Assembly: GCA_965204765.1 (NCBI GenBank)
Contig: CBDBFG010000004.1
Location: 451,402-515,401, forward strand
DNA: 64,000 nucleotides
Origin: Alphaproteobacteria bacterium
GTDB taxonomy: Bacteria; Pseudomonadota; Alphaproteobacteria; Caedimonadales; UBA9215
Reading direction: 5' to 3'
Below are positions 8,614-16,906 of this stretch, piece by piece. Both the position numbers and the translations under genes were made by a program. The notes below the pieces were generated by a model that had not been told where the DNA came from, made no database searches, and worked only from the letters and a program-made list of their open reading frames with translations. The number at the start of each line of letters is the position of its first letter. Position 1 is the stretch's first letter.

Positions 8614-9339
8614 TTGAATAATCCTTTAGATCAATTTTTAATCACGAAGCTTATACCAATTTCTGTTTTTGGTATTGATATTTCGTTTACCAATTCTGCT
8701 TTGTTTATGGTTATTGCCACTGTGCTGCTTATCTTGTTTCAGCACTTTGCTTTGCGAAATGCGACCATAGTTCCTGGTAAATTGCAATTGTTAATGGAAT
8801 ATAGCTATAACTTTATCAAGAATATGGTTGACGACAATATAGGGGATAGGGGTAAACGCTACGTGCCGATTATCTTCACCATGTTTATGTTTTTGTTGTT
8901 TGCTAATCTGTTAGGTATGTTACCTTACGGCTTTACTACAACTAGCCATGTTGCGGTTACTTTTATATTTGCAGGTTCTATATTTATTGCAATTACGGCA
9001 ATTGGTTTTATGAAGCATGGTTTTAAGTATTGTAAGCTATTTTTTCCTGAAGGAGCACCTTTGATTTTTGCCCCAATTTTGATCCCATTAGAAATATTGG
9101 CGTATCTAGTTCGTCCTATTACTTTATCCTTGCGGTTATTTTTAAATATGACTGCAGGCCATATCATGTTAAAAGTATTTGCTGGTTTTAGCGTGATGCT
9201 TGGAGCTGGTTTTGCATTTTTGCCGGCATTGTTTAATGTTGTATTAATTGGGTTTGAGTTTTTTGTTGCATGTTTGCAGGCATATATATTTACGATATTA
9301 ATTTGTATATATCTGAATGATGCGTTAAATTTACACTAG
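8614..9339 (+). CDS. atpB: F0F1 ATP synthase subunit a
   Basis: PLDQF...FTNSALFM N-terminus and LSLRLFLNMTAGH motif. Apparent TTG start. Confidence 0.9.
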   Translation: MNNPLDQFLITKLIPISVFGIDISFTNSALFMVIATVLLILFQHFALRNATIVPGKLQLLMEYSYNFIKNMVDDNIGDRGKRYVPIIFTMFMFLLFANLLGMLPYGFTTTSHVAVTFIFAGSIFIAITAIGFMKHGFKYCKLFFPEGAPLIFAPILIPLEILAYLVRPITLSLRLFLNMTAGHIMLKVFAGFSVMLGAGFAFLPALFNVVLIGFEFFVACLQAYIFTILICIYLNDALNLH

Positions 9340-9359
9340 AATATTATTAGGAGAATATT

Positions 9360-9584
9360 ATGGATATTGAGTCTACAAAATTACTTGCTGCTGCTATTGC
9401 CGTTTTAGGTGTAAGTGGTTCTGCGTTGGGAGTGGGACGTATTTTTTCAAGCGTTATAGATGCGACCTCAAGAAATCCTTCGGCTAAGAAAGATTTACAA
9501 ACATTTGCTTATGTTGGTGCTGCTTTGGCTGAAGCACTAGGTATTTTTGCGTTATTGATTTCATTTATGATTTTCTTTAAATAA
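9360..9584 (+). CDS. atpE: F0F1 ATP synthase subunit c
   Basis: 74-aa two-helix proteolipid with GAALAEALGIFAL (the carboxylate E in helix 2). Confidence 0.9.
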   Translation: MDIESTKLLAAAIAVLGVSGSALGVGRIFSSVIDATSRNPSAKKDLQTFAYVGAALAEALGIFALLISFMIFFK

Positions 9585-9598
9585 GAAACGTAATTGTT

Positions 9599-10051
9599 AT
9601 GCCTCAGTTTGCTGTTGATACCTATGCATCTCAATGTTTTTGGTTTGTTCTATGCTTTGTTGTAACGGTTTTATATACGATATTTATTTCTTTGCCAAAG
9701 CTTCATGATCTATTTGATGAGCGCTGGAAAAAAAGTGGTAAAAGCCGGTTGAAAGCGCAAAGGGTGCAGCAACAAGTAGAAACCTTAGAGAGTAAAATAG
9801 AGCGTATCGAGCATGATGCTGATATTAAAAAGAACTTGTTTTTGCGTGATGTAATTATCAATAATGAAAAAGAAATTGCCGAATGCATGCGCAAACTAAG
9901 GCAAGAACACAAAGATAATATATTGTCTGTGGAAAAGAAAATGTCACAACATAAAGAAAAAATATTGTGTGAGTTGTTGGCTAAATCTGACCATTTAAGT
10001 AATTTAATTACGGAACGTGTAATTACGCTTCTACTTGGTAAGACTAAGTAA
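9599..10051 (+). CDS. atpG: F0F1 ATP synthase subunit b' (alphaproteobacterial second b-type subunit)
   Basis: PQF..DTY.SQ.FWF N-terminal motif, a single TM helix and a long charged helix. Position between atpE and atpF. Confidence 0.7.
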   Translation: MPQFAVDTYASQCFWFVLCFVVTVLYTIFISLPKLHDLFDERWKKSGKSRLKAQRVQQQVETLESKIERIEHDADIKKNLFLRDVIINNEKEIAECMRKLRQEHKDNILSVEKKMSQHKEKILCELLAKSDHLSNLITERVITLLLGKTK

Positions 10052-10065
10052 AGGATAAGATTGTA

Positions 10066-10542
10066 GTGATGGATAACCCTTCTGTTTGGTATTTAATTTC
10101 TTTTTTAATTTTTGTTGGATTACTTTATATTCCGATTAAAAATCGTTTAATGCCTATGATGGAGCAAGAACGGGATAAAATACAACAAGATCTTGTAGAA
10201 TCAGCACAAGTTTTGAAAAAAGCAAAAAAAATGTTGGCACTAGCGGAACACAACTATCAAGAATCATTGCTGCGGTCTGAAAAGATGCTGGAACAAGCAG
10301 GAGCAGAAGCCAAACAACTCAAGAGTAAGTCCATGAAAGATATGGATCTTATGGTCAGTAGAAGTAAGGAAAAGTTAGCAGACAGAATTAACAAAATAGA
10401 AGAAGATATTATCCAAGAAGTAAAAATGGAATTTCTGCATAATGTTGAAGGTAAAGTTTTAGCTAGTCTGGAATCATCTATTGATGAAAAAACCGATCAG
10501 GAAATCATCAAATCTGGATTAAATAAAATTAAAGATATTTAG
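10066..10542 (+). CDS. atpF: F0F1 ATP synthase subunit b
   Basis: An N-terminal TM helix followed by a long charged coiled region. Last gene of the atpB-E-F'-F operon. Confidence 0.7.
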   Translation: MMDNPSVWYLISFLIFVGLLYIPIKNRLMPMMEQERDKIQQDLVESAQVLKKAKKMLALAEHNYQESLLRSEKMLEQAGAEAKQLKSKSMKDMDLMVSRSKEKLADRINKIEEDIIQEVKMEFLHNVEGKVLASLESSIDEKTDQEIIKSGLNKIKDI

Positions 10543-10901
10543 TTATCGTCACTGAATAATTGGCAATCTCGATTAATATTTTATCATGACTGTAGTAAGC
10601 GTAATATTACTCCTTCTCTAGATCATTATTCCTCGTAAAAAACAGTGTTAAACAAAGGAATGACTAGCAAAAACTAATTTATTGGTGTGATCGGTGCATA
10701 TTTTATTGTCATTGGTTTCAGCTACGGAATGCCATATATACTTCAACAATCGTCAAATTAATAGAATAATAAGCTTAGCTAATAGTACAGTTTTAAAGGT
10801 GGAGTCGTGCATTAATTTAGCTATGGCACGTGAATTAAAAACGATATATAATCCGAAAAACAGGTATGGACTTAAGGTTTAGATCTTAAGGGGGCATAGA
10901 G

Positions 10902-12266
10902 ATGGATATTGTAATTTGTGGTGCGGGTAAGGTTGGGTTTAGTTTAGCCAAGTACTTATCCGATAGAGGTAACTCGGTTACCGTAGTTGATACCAACAAA
11001 GAACTAATAGATTCTATTAATCAAAAACTAGATGTTAAAGCTATTTGTGGGCAGGCCTCTCACCCAGATGTACTGAAAAGTATTCATTTGGAACAAGCAG
11101 ACATATTGATAGCGGTAACGCATATTGATGAAGTTAATATGATTACTTGTGAGGTAGCGCATGCGTTGTTTCAAGTACCAAAGAAGATTGCAAGGGTCAG
11201 GAGTCAGTCTTATTTAAAATTGCGTGGCACGGGGTTTTTTACTGAAAATAACCTTAGTATAGATTATGTTATTTCTCCCGAAGGTGAGGTTGCTCAGGCA
11301 TTAGCCAGGAAATTTGCTTTTCCTGGTGTTTTTGATGATGCTGTATTCTTGGATGGTCGATTGCATTTAATAGGGGTGAAATGTGAAGTAGGTAAATTAC
11401 TGTATCAAATGACAGTTAACTCATTGCAAGATATGTTATGTGATCTAGATGCAAAAATAGTTGCTTTCGTTAGAAACGGCCAATCTGTTGTTCCGTTATC
11501 TGATTGTATATTAGATAATAATGACGAAGTTTTTATCATTGCTAAAACAGATGACATTACAGCAATACTTTTACGTCTAGGATATAGTGAACATAGTACG
11601 GATAATATCATTATTATTGGTGGTGGTAATATAGGTTTATTTTTTGCACAAGAAGTTGAAGCCAATTATCCTAACATCGAATTGCGTATTATAGAAAAAA
11701 ATAACGAGCGTGCTAGTTATATTGCACAGAAGTTGGATAGAGCAATTGTTATCAAGGGTGATGGTCTGGATAAGGATGTATTGCAAGAAGCTGGTATTGA
11801 GCATAACAATGTAGTTGTATCGGTTACGGCGGATGACAAAGTTAATACTTTGTCTACGGTGCTAGCAAAACGGTTAGGTTGTAATAAAACTTTATGTTTA
11901 TCTAATGATAAGTCATTTGCAGAGTTAGCAATTTCTTTGGGAGCAGATGCAGTAATTAATCCCAAAGAGGTCACTATCTCAAAAATTATGCAATACATTA
12001 GGAGGGAGCAAATAAATTCTTTATACTCATTAGGTGATGGTATAGGAGAAATATTTGATATTGATGCTACCAATACTAGTAATTTGGTAGGCAAAAGCAT
12101 TAACGAGATAGGAAATAATAGTTTTATTAATGTAATTGCAATTGTTCGTGATAAAGAGATTATTATTCCTCATCAAGACGAGATAGTAGAATTATCCGAT
12201 AGATTATTATTAATGCTTTACGCTGGTCATACAAAAAAAGCCTACGATATTATTGGTATTAGATGA
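10902..12266 (+). CDS. trkA: Trk potassium uptake system NAD-binding subunit TrkA
   Basis: Two tandem Rossmann/RCK units (MDIVICGAGKVG... and IIIIGGGNIGLFFA...); 454 aa. Confidence 0.85.
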   Translation: MDIVICGAGKVGFSLAKYLSDRGNSVTVVDTNKELIDSINQKLDVKAICGQASHPDVLKSIHLEQADILIAVTHIDEVNMITCEVAHALFQVPKKIARVRSQSYLKLRGTGFFTENNLSIDYVISPEGEVAQALARKFAFPGVFDDAVFLDGRLHLIGVKCEVGKLLYQMTVNSLQDMLCDLDAKIVAFVRNGQSVVPLSDCILDNNDEVFIIAKTDDITAILLRLGYSEHSTDNIIIIGGGNIGLFFAQEVEANYPNIELRIIEKNNERASYIAQKLDRAIVIKGDGLDKDVLQEAGIEHNNVVVSVTADDKVNTLSTVLAKRLGCNKTLCLSNDKSFAELAISLGADAVINPKEVTISKIMQYIRREQINSLYSLGDGIGEIFDIDATNTSNLVGKSINEIGNNSFINVIAIVRDKEIIIPHQDEIVELSDRLLLMLYAGHTKKAYDIIGIR

Positions 12267-13651
12267 TATTTTCCGGTAAGTTCAAAGATTTCGTTAAGAT
12301 ATCGTTTCCTCTAATTTTATCCATGTCTTCTAGTGCATTAATGGTATCCATCAATCGTATCCTGTTAGGTAGATATGACTTGGAACAATATAATGCGGTG
12401 TTTGTGATAAATTTAATGTATACCGCTATTTTATTCTTTGGCACGGGGATTTCTTCAATTGCAGAGGTGTTTTGTGGTCAATATAATGGTCTTGGTAAAT
12501 ATGCCAAGGTAGCATCACCAAGTTGGCAAATGATCTATTTTTCTTTGCTGATAGCGCCATTATTGATCGTTTCTGGAGTATACGGTAGCAAGGTATTTTT
12601 ACCTTCTGAAGCTATGGTTGCTGAACAGTATTATAAAATTATTGTCTCTACGGCGTTTTTGTCATTTATTTTAACATCATTACAAAGTTTTTTTATTGGA
12701 ATTGGACATACTAAAATAGTACTGTTCGTGGTTTTAGGTGAGCATATATGTAATGTTATGCTAGATGTGATATTAATTTATGGTTCTAGTGGGCTGTTGC
12801 AAATGTGCGGTATACAAAGTGGTTTACTATACAATTTATTGCTTGCTCTTGATATCGCGGAATATGGGTCATCTGGGGCTGCAATTGCTACTGCTACATC
12901 CCAAATGTTGAGTATATTATTTTTATTGGTAATATTTTTAAGTGATAAATATCGTACAGTGTACCGTACCAATAACTATAGCTTTAATTACAATCTATTT
13001 AAGAAATGTTTAAAAATAGGAATTCCACAAAGTATAGGGCATTTTGCAGAAATGAGTGCCTGGTGCTTTATAGGGGTGATAATGATAAAAAAGTCATTCG
13101 CGCATGTAACAATTGCCAATATAGCAAACAGTATAGTACCATTGTTTGGTTTTGTTTATGAAGGTATTGTGAAAGCATGTTCCACTGTTGCAGCAAATTT
13201 AATAGGGCAAAAAAATACAAAACGAATTTTACGTTTAATTATTTCCAGTATGAAACTGCATTGTATATTTATGTTTTGTGCTGGTATAATCTTATATTTT
13301 TACTCCTCTTATATTATATCGTTATTTGTTGATATTACTAAATTAGATGTTGTTTTGATTGGTGCCAGCACTATTTCATTGTTTGGGGTGTTGCTTTATT
13401 TGATTATCGATGGATCAGCATGGATTTTATCATCTGTATTGGTAGCGGGTGGTGATACTAAATTTACGATGTTTGTCAACACTAGCACTTCTTGGGTATT
13501 ATTAGTTATTCCTACTTATATTTGTGTTAATTTTTTCGACGTTTCACCGATAATAGTGTGGACTTTGATTCTCCCTATTAGCCCTATTGTTAATTTAGCT
13601 ATATATTTTATGCGTTACAAAAGCGGTCGATGGTGTACATTACGTTTGTGA
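12263..13651 (+). CDS. MATE family efflux transporter
   Basis: 462 aa with about 12 TM segments. The N-terminal pattern (FPLILSMSSSALMVSINRILLGR) is typical of MATE/NorM-like proteins. Its ATG overlaps the trkA stop (ATGA). Confidence 0.75.
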   Translation: MIFSGKFKDFVKISFPLILSMSSSALMVSINRILLGRYDLEQYNAVFVINLMYTAILFFGTGISSIAEVFCGQYNGLGKYAKVASPSWQMIYFSLLIAPLLIVSGVYGSKVFLPSEAMVAEQYYKIIVSTAFLSFILTSLQSFFIGIGHTKIVLFVVLGEHICNVMLDVILIYGSSGLLQMCGIQSGLLYNLLLALDIAEYGSSGAAIATATSQMLSILFLLVIFLSDKYRTVYRTNNYSFNYNLFKKCLKIGIPQSIGHFAEMSAWCFIGVIMIKKSFAHVTIANIANSIVPLFGFVYEGIVKACSTVAANLIGQKNTKRILRLIISSMKLHCIFMFCAGIILYFYSSYIISLFVDITKLDVVLIGASTISLFGVLLYLIIDGSAWILSSVLVAGGDTKFTMFVNTSTSWVLLVIPTYICVNFFDVSPIIVWTLILPISPIVNLAIYFMRYKSGRWCTLRL

Positions 13652-13939
13652 ACGGGTTCTATCTTTGATAGTTAGTGATAGTCAATTTGTATTTTGTCTT
13701 TGGTATAATAATTGTTTATAAGAATTGAACAGTAGAGTCAATGTTATGCTAACTTTATCGCTCGGCGTATTGATTTTGAGAATACTTGTGCATAACTAAA
13801 GTAACAAACAATAATCATCGCACGCACTTCGTGAGAGCTGTGGTATAGGTGTGCTTTTATTGTTTTATTGGCCGCAATTTTTTACACAACGCTATCACAC
13901 CAACATCCGTTGTGTGTGGAACGTGATGATAAGAAAACT

Positions 13940-14383
13940 CTAGTCTTCTTTGCGTACTTTTTCTTCTTTTTCATGCATTTCTTGCGCTTCAACGCACAAA
14001 GTGGCAATGGGTCTTGCTTCTAGCCTGGCTAATCCTATTGGTTCGTCAGTCTCTTCACAGTAACCATAATTACCGTCTCTAATTCTCAGTAATGCAGCGT
14101 TAATTTTATTGATTAATTTTCTTTCTCTGTCTCTTGTCCTCAGTTCAAGAGAGCGATCAGTTTCTGTAGAGGCTCTATCAGTTATATCGGCCTCATTGTG
14201 ACATTCATCTTGCATATGGTGGATTGTTTCCATAGATTCCGATAACAATTCATCTTTCCATGTTTGTAACTTTTGCCTAAAGTACTCTAAATGCATAAAG
14301 TTCATATACTCTTCACCTTCGGAAGGTTTATAGTCTGGCGGTAAGGTCACTATAGAATTGTTGTACGCACTGTTATCCGTCAT
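13940..14383 (-). CDS. dksA: RNA polymerase-binding transcription factor DksA (2-Cys variant)
   Basis: A coiled-coil with acidic tip (ITDRASTETD) and C-terminal YGYCEETDEPIGLARLEARPIATLCVEAQ. Confidence 0.85.
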   Translation of the reverse strand: MTDNSAYNNSIVTLPPDYKPSEGEEYMNFMHLEYFRQKLQTWKDELLSESMETIHHMQDECHNEADITDRASTETDRSLELRTRDRERKLINKINAALLRIRDGNYGYCEETDEPIGLARLEARPIATLCVEAQEMHEKEEKVRKED

Positions 14384-14442
14384 TTAATGTCTCCGTTAAA
14401 TAAAATTTACAATATTTATTTTGCATTATTTAATGATAATAA

Positions 14443-14865
14443 TCAATTACTAGATAATTCTATTTTTGTTATTTCTATCATCGCTCTTTGCTTTATTTCT
14501 AGAATTATTTCTTTTAACTTTGGATTATCGATGGAATTAGGAATTTTGTTAGTTATTTTGATAATTTGTTGAAGGCTTTTTTCTGAAACTGTACCATTTA
14601 ATATATCATGCTGTAGCTGTTCCAAACTGTGCAATAAATTATCTCCTTGTTGTACATAAAAACTATTATTTCTGTTATCCGGATGTATTTCTTGTAGTTG
14701 CATTAGTTGTGAAATAGGTGATGCTTCTAGTACTGGTTTCACTTTTTGCGTTGTGGTGGCAGAGTCAGAAGAAGAAAGTATAAAGTCATCGTGAGTAGCA
14801 GAAGATTTTTTACCTTTTGCACTTTTTTTAATAGAGTAATTTTTTATAGAGTCTATTTTTACCAT
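14443..14865 (-). CDS. fliX: Flagellar assembly regulator FliX-like protein
   Basis: Divergent from flgI, as in Caulobacter. The C-terminal half aligns by eye with FliX (..LMQLQE......L..L..L..DIL.G......L..I.......D..L.EI..EI..RA.IE..K.E). I prefer the internal ATG at 14865; the ORF track begins at a GTG at 14928. Confidence 0.55.
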   Translation of the reverse strand: MVKIDSIKNYSIKKSAKGKKSSATHDDFILSSSDSATTTQKVKPVLEASPISQLMQLQEIHPDNRNNSFYVQQGDNLLHSLEQLQHDILNGTVSEKSLQQIIKITNKIPNSIDNPKLKEIILEIKQRAMIEITKIELSSN

Positions 14866-15000
14866 ATTTATTATCACATGCTTTATAATTACAAAACCTA
14901 AGAAATACCTGGTGGTAGTACTATTCACTAATTCACTGTAGCATTATTTATATGCGTAATCACGTAAAATTCTTTTCAAAACGTTATGGGTAATACCAGT

Positions 15001-15016
15001 TGGCACGATTATCGCA
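15001..15016 (+). promoter_or_regulatory. Sigma-54 (-24/-12) type promoter candidate upstream of flgI
   Basis: TGGCACGATTATCGCA matches the consensus TGGCACG-N4-TTGCW at every specified position but one. GG and GC have the correct spacing. It ends 25 nt before the flgI ATG. Confidence 0.5.
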
Positions 15017-15041
15017 GGTATATACTTAAGGGGTAAAGAAT

Positions 15042-16154
15042 ATGAAAAAATATGTGTTATTATCGTTAATTTTGTTAGGGTTTATAGAGTTATTTGCCGG
15101 CAATGTAAGAATTAAAGATATTGTTTCTTTTGAAGGTGTACGTGATAACCAATTACTTGGTTATGGGTTAGTTGTAGGTTTGAAAGGTACCGGCGACGAT
15201 TTAAAAAGCTCACCTTTTTCCAAGGAAACTATCATTGGTATGCTTGAACGTCTGGGAGTGAATGTGCGTGAAGACGCAGCGGCAATGAAGGCAAAAAATA
15301 TTGCAGCCGTGATGGTAACGGCTAATTTACCGCCATTTAGTAGACATGGTAGTAAAATAGATGTAACTGTTTCAGCTATTGGGACAGCAAAGGATTTATT
15401 AGGGGGAACCTTGTTGGTGACGCCGTTGATGGGAGCGGATAGTACCGTGTATGCCGTGGCACAAGGGCCAGTTGCTACTAATGCTTTTACTGTACAGGGG
15501 AAATCACAAAGTAGTGTGACCAAGGGAGTACCCACTAGTGGCACTATCACAAATGGTGCAATCATAGAAAAAGAAATAAACTTTGAACTCAAAGATGTAA
15601 AGCAGATGAATTTATCACTGCATAATCCTGATTTTACTACCGCTAAAAGAATTGCTAATGCTATCAATAAATATGCTAAGCAACGAATTGCTTTTGCCTT
15701 GGATCCTTCGACTGTAAAGCTTACTATACCAAATGGTTATGTAAAAAATCCTTTAAATTTTATTACTAGCATCGAACAATTAAGCGTTGTGCCGGACCAA
15801 GCAGCCAAAGTTATTATAGATGAACAGAATGGAGTGGTGGTGATGGGTGACAATGTCCGTATTTCTACGGTTGCCGTCAGTCACGGTAATTTAACGGTTA
15901 AAATTACAGAAACTCCACAGGTATCACAACCAAACCCGTTTGCGAATACCGGAGAAACTAAAGTAGTAGAACGTTCAAAATTAGAGATAGATGAAAATAC
16001 CGACAATAAATTAACCATAGTTAATTCGGGGGCAACTTTGCAAGACTTAGTCAATGGTTTGAACTCTTTAGGTGTTGGGCCACGAGATATGATTACGATT
16101 TTACAGAATATTAAAGCTGCAGGAGCACTGCAGGCTGAAATGGAGGTTAAATAG
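15042..16154 (+). CDS. flgI: Flagellar basal-body P-ring protein FlgI
   Basis: Signal peptide, then RIKDI..FEGVRDNQLLGYGLVVGLKGTGD and a C-terminal LQNIKAAGALQAE..V motif. Confidence 0.92.
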   Translation: MKKYVLLSLILLGFIELFAGNVRIKDIVSFEGVRDNQLLGYGLVVGLKGTGDDLKSSPFSKETIIGMLERLGVNVREDAAAMKAKNIAAVMVTANLPPFSRHGSKIDVTVSAIGTAKDLLGGTLLVTPLMGADSTVYAVAQGPVATNAFTVQGKSQSSVTKGVPTSGTITNGAIIEKEINFELKDVKQMNLSLHNPDFTTAKRIANAINKYAKQRIAFALDPSTVKLTIPNGYVKNPLNFITSIEQLSVVPDQAAKVIIDEQNGVVVMGDNVRISTVAVSHGNLTVKITETPQVSQPNPFANTGETKVVERSKLEIDENTDNKLTIVNSGATLQDLVNGLNSLGVGPRDMITILQNIKAAGALQAEMEVK

Positions 16155-16483
16155 TGAGTGATTCTTTACAAATGTTGGGTAGTTATGGCAATCACGGAGC
16201 TTTACGCGCTCAAAAAGTAGCAGAAAAATTTACCGCTAATTTTTTAAATCCTTTTGTACAGGAAATGTTTGCCTCGACCACAGAAGAATCAGAAGATGTT
16301 TTTCAGGAGTTATTTGCTGCGGAGTTATCAATGTCGTTGGCAAAGTCAGACTCTATGGGATTTCTAGTACAGGCAATAAAAAAACAATTTCTCAAGGGGG
16401 ATAAGATACCTCATGCAAAAGTAAATAATACATATATGGCAATTCAGAAAAAAGGGCAAAATGTTTATACCGCAACTGCTTAA
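16154..16483 (+). CDS. flgJ: Rod-binding protein (FlgJ N-terminal domain only; CheL-like)
   Basis: 109 aa. Rod-binding-like motif (AQKVAEKFTANFLNPFVQEMF). Position immediately after flgI. Confidence 0.6.
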   Translation: MSDSLQMLGSYGNHGALRAQKVAEKFTANFLNPFVQEMFASTTEESEDVFQELFAAELSMSLAKSDSMGFLVQAIKKQFLKGDKIPHAKVNNTYMAIQKKGQNVYTATA

Positions 16484-16505
16484 GTTAATAGATAAATTAT
16501 TCAAT

Positions 16506-16895
16506 ATGACAGAGCAAGAAATGCGCTTAATCCAGATGATGCAAATAAAAAAAGCTACTCATATTGCGAAAGAAAGAGAGCATTTGGTGCAGCTTTATCA
16601 TGGTTGTTTATTTAAAATAGAGAATGATCAAAATATACAGCAGCAGCTTAAGCATTCTGATGAAGCGCACAGAATAAAACAAGAAATTTTACGTTTAAGT
16701 GATTTACTATCACGGTATGATCGTATTTTAAAGAGGGTGGAACGATCTAAGGCAACATTTTTGCAAAATACGCAAAAATCTTTTATGCACAAAGATCATA
16801 AAGTTAAACGTTATGATAAAGAGGGATATATATCAGATGATTTTAAACCTTTTATTAAGCAGAAACTGGATAATATAAAGTATGACAGTCTTTGA
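16506..16895 (+). CDS. Hypothetical flagellar-cluster protein (position of Caulobacter flbY; possibly an FlgN-like chaperone)
   Basis: Helical, charged 129-144 aa ORF between flgJ and flgK. The ORF track starts at 16461, overlapping flgJ. The assignment is by context only. Confidence 0.35.
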   Translation: MTEQEMRLIQMMQIKKATHIAKEREHLVQLYHGCLFKIENDQNIQQQLKHSDEAHRIKQEILRLSDLLSRYDRILKRVERSKATFLQNTQKSFMHKDHKVKRYDKEGYISDDFKPFIKQKLDNIKYDSL

Positions 16896-16906
16896 GGTAA
16901 GCACAT

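Noticed and set aside
13884-13915. An 8-bp inverted repeat ACACAACG...CGTTGTGT (16-nt loop) just downstream of dksA
   Set aside because: On the dksA (minus) transcript the hairpin is followed by an A-run, not a U-run. On the plus strand the T-run precedes the stem. It is therefore not a canonical terminator in either direction, and I cannot assign a function.
16154-16483. FlgJ of only 109 aa, lacking the muramidase domain
   Set aside because: Single-domain rod-binding FlgJ/CheL proteins are the norm in alphaproteobacteria. The peptidoglycan hydrolase is supplied separately.
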